Assembly: GCA_039030515.1 (NCBI GenBank)
Contig: JBCCEA010000045.1
Span: 1-29,459, forward strand
Reading direction: 5' to 3'
DNA length: 29,459 nt
DNA from: Myxococcota bacterium
Lineage (GTDB): Bacteria > Myxococcota_A > Polyangia > Polyangiales > Houyiibacteriaceae
The stretch's first letter is position 1. Each line of letters opens with the position of its first letter. Under the pieces are notes generated by a model that saw only the letters and a list, made by a program, of their open reading frames with translations, did no database searches and was not told the origin of the DNA. Positions 28,161 to 29,459 of the stretch are shown here, one piece after another. Position numbers and translations under genes: made by a program.

Positions 28161-29009
28161 CTAGCTATCGAACAGGGCCAGCTGATGAGAGGCTGCATCA
28201 TTTCGATGAGCTAGCGCGGCGATACTGGACTGAAGCAAGATCCGATTCTTCGCCTTATCCGAGGAAACTCGAGCGACATCCACATCGCGTATTCTGGATG
28301 TCGATTCGATGAGCGCGCTTCTTCGAGTGGAGAGCTGAGAGACGCTACTTTCCAAGTTGGTCAAAGTAGCCCCAAGATCGGACCGCTGGGTGGAGACGTC
28401 CTCGATCGCAGCGTCAAGAGTTTCCAGCGCTTGCTGAGCCGAAGATTGATTCGAGATATCGACTCCATCCAGACCGGCAGGGTCCACTCCAGTGCCGAGA
28501 GAGCCTGGCCTTGCGTCTGGAAGCGTCACTTCGATTCGATCTTCTGGATCCGAACCCTCTCCGACCTGGAAGGTAAGGGACTCCGGCATCCCTCCATCGA
28601 GGAGAGCGGTGGCGGAAAACGTCGTGTTTTTAGCGATGTCCGAGATCGAGTCGCGGAGCCCCTCAAGCTCCGACTGAAGGAAGCTTCGTTCCGAAGGGCC
28701 CAGCGTACCGTTTGCTGATTGAAGAGCGAGCTCTCTCATGCGAGTCAGCGTCGAAGAAATATTGGACAGTCCCCCATCCGCTGTTTGGATCAGGCTTGCC
28801 CCGGAATGCGTGTTGCGCTCGGCCTGGCCCAGACTGCGAACCGCCGCTTCCAGCTTGTCCGAGATGCTGAGACCGGCAGCATCGACACTGGCGCTCACAA
28901 GGCGATTGCCGCTGCTCGTTTGATTCAGATCCAATGTCAGCTGCGCCCGAGCGGACGAGATCGCAGTTTCTAGCCGCAGCATCGACGCTGCAGTGGATGT
29001 AATCGTCAT
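28161..29009 (-). CDS. Flagellin-family protein (short D0-D1 type, divergent)
   Basis: SSG.R..SA..DAAGLSI, QAERN...SLIQTADGGL, RMRELALQSANGT, FQVG, RSDLGA and SRIRDVD motifs. GGGAG RBS before the ATG. Confidence 0.93.
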   Translation of the reverse strand: MTITSTAASMLRLETAISSARAQLTLDLNQTSSGNRLVSASVDAAGLSISDKLEAAVRSLGQAERNTHSGASLIQTADGGLSNISSTLTRMRELALQSANGTLGPSERSFLQSELEGLRDSISDIAKNTTFSATALLDGGMPESLTFQVGEGSDPEDRIEVTLPDARPGSLGTGVDPAGLDGVDISNQSSAQQALETLDAAIEDVSTQRSDLGATLTNLESSVSQLSTRRSALIESTSRIRDVDVARVSSDKAKNRILLQSSIAALAHRNDAASHQLALFDS

Positions 29010-29083
29010 GGCGCTCCCTACCTACCCCGGAACCGGGTGTCTTCATTGACTTGACGATAAGAACGTAGAAGTCCTACCTCGGA

Positions 29084-29110
29084 GTATCGACGGTAACGCA
29101 AAAAACTTTA
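29084..29110 (-). promoter_or_regulatory. Sigma-28 (FliA/SigD) promoter of the flagellin gene
   Basis: Minus strand reads TAAAGTTT-TTTGCGTTACC-GTCGATAC, i.e. TAAA-N15-GTCGATAC versus consensus TAAA-N15-GCCGATAA. It lies about 75 bp upstream of the flagellin ATG. Confidence 0.85.
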
Positions 29111-29118
29111 GAACACAC

Positions 29119-29459
29119 TCCAGCGGGTCTATGTCGGCCCAAACAGCCAGCTCCCCCCAGCACGCCTCGATGGGCCTGAACGCCTGCTTTCCGCCCATGC
29201 TCGACGTTCGAAGTATCGTTAATACTCCTGCGCTCCTGTGCTTCCGGGGCGCTAAGCGTTCACACCCATCAAGACGCGCTCCAGCGGGCCTAGGTTGGTT
29301 CAAACAGCCAGCGCCCACGAAGCGCAGGAGCGAAGGCGTACTCTAGGTACGTTGAGCGACGAGCACCTTCGGCAAGCCGCTGTTTGGGCCGACTCAGCAA
29401 CCACACCCAGGGGGCCTAGGTTGGTTCAAACAGCCAGCGCCCACGAAGCGCAGGAGCGA
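29119..29459. repeat. Cluster of the same structured palindromic repeat family as 11-266
   Basis: An isolated arm fragment at 29119-29147, an inverted full module at 29159-29280, a direct module at 29281-29394, and a truncated module from 29407 to the window end that is nearly identical to the preceding one. Confidence 0.85.

Noticed and set aside
1..29459. Whole window as a transposon, linear replicon or circle bounded by terminal repeats
   Set aside because: The end copies are diverged and occur in both orientations. No transposase, integrase or replication gene is present, and the interior is housekeeping. A dispersed repeat at contig breaks is the simpler explanation.

Overview
This is mostly ordinary housekeeping DNA from a moderately GC-rich bacterium, probably Myxococcota/Polyangia-like. 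That assignment is inferred from Asp/Gly-rich lipoprotein linkers, a C-x3-DDDCDG-x-VDEGC motif and large membrane-anchored TPR proteins. Left to right: a structured modular repeat, a probably decayed WD40-like gene, a beta-propeller protein, an A-type Fe-S carrier, two paralogous lamin-tail-like lipoproteins (one with an 18-bp VNTR) and an MscS channel. Next come an Rrf2-sufB-sufC-sufD-sufS-sufT operon with a candidate operator, GuaB1-type GMP reductase, an SDR, a stand-alone receiver protein, RNase D, a Cys-motif lipoprotein and an Hpt-NUDIX fusion. The rest is IscS, two TPR proteins, cobT-cobS-(18-bp VNTR)-cobC, a divergent lone flagellin with a near-consensus sigma-28 promoter, and more copies of the same repeat. 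The most notable items are the Hpt-NUDIX fusion, the terminal repeat family with strand-polarised G-U pairing and a covarying hairpin, and the divergent flagellin. No transposase, CRISPR array, tRNA or rRNA was seen. All calls come from reading motifs by eye; no database search was run.
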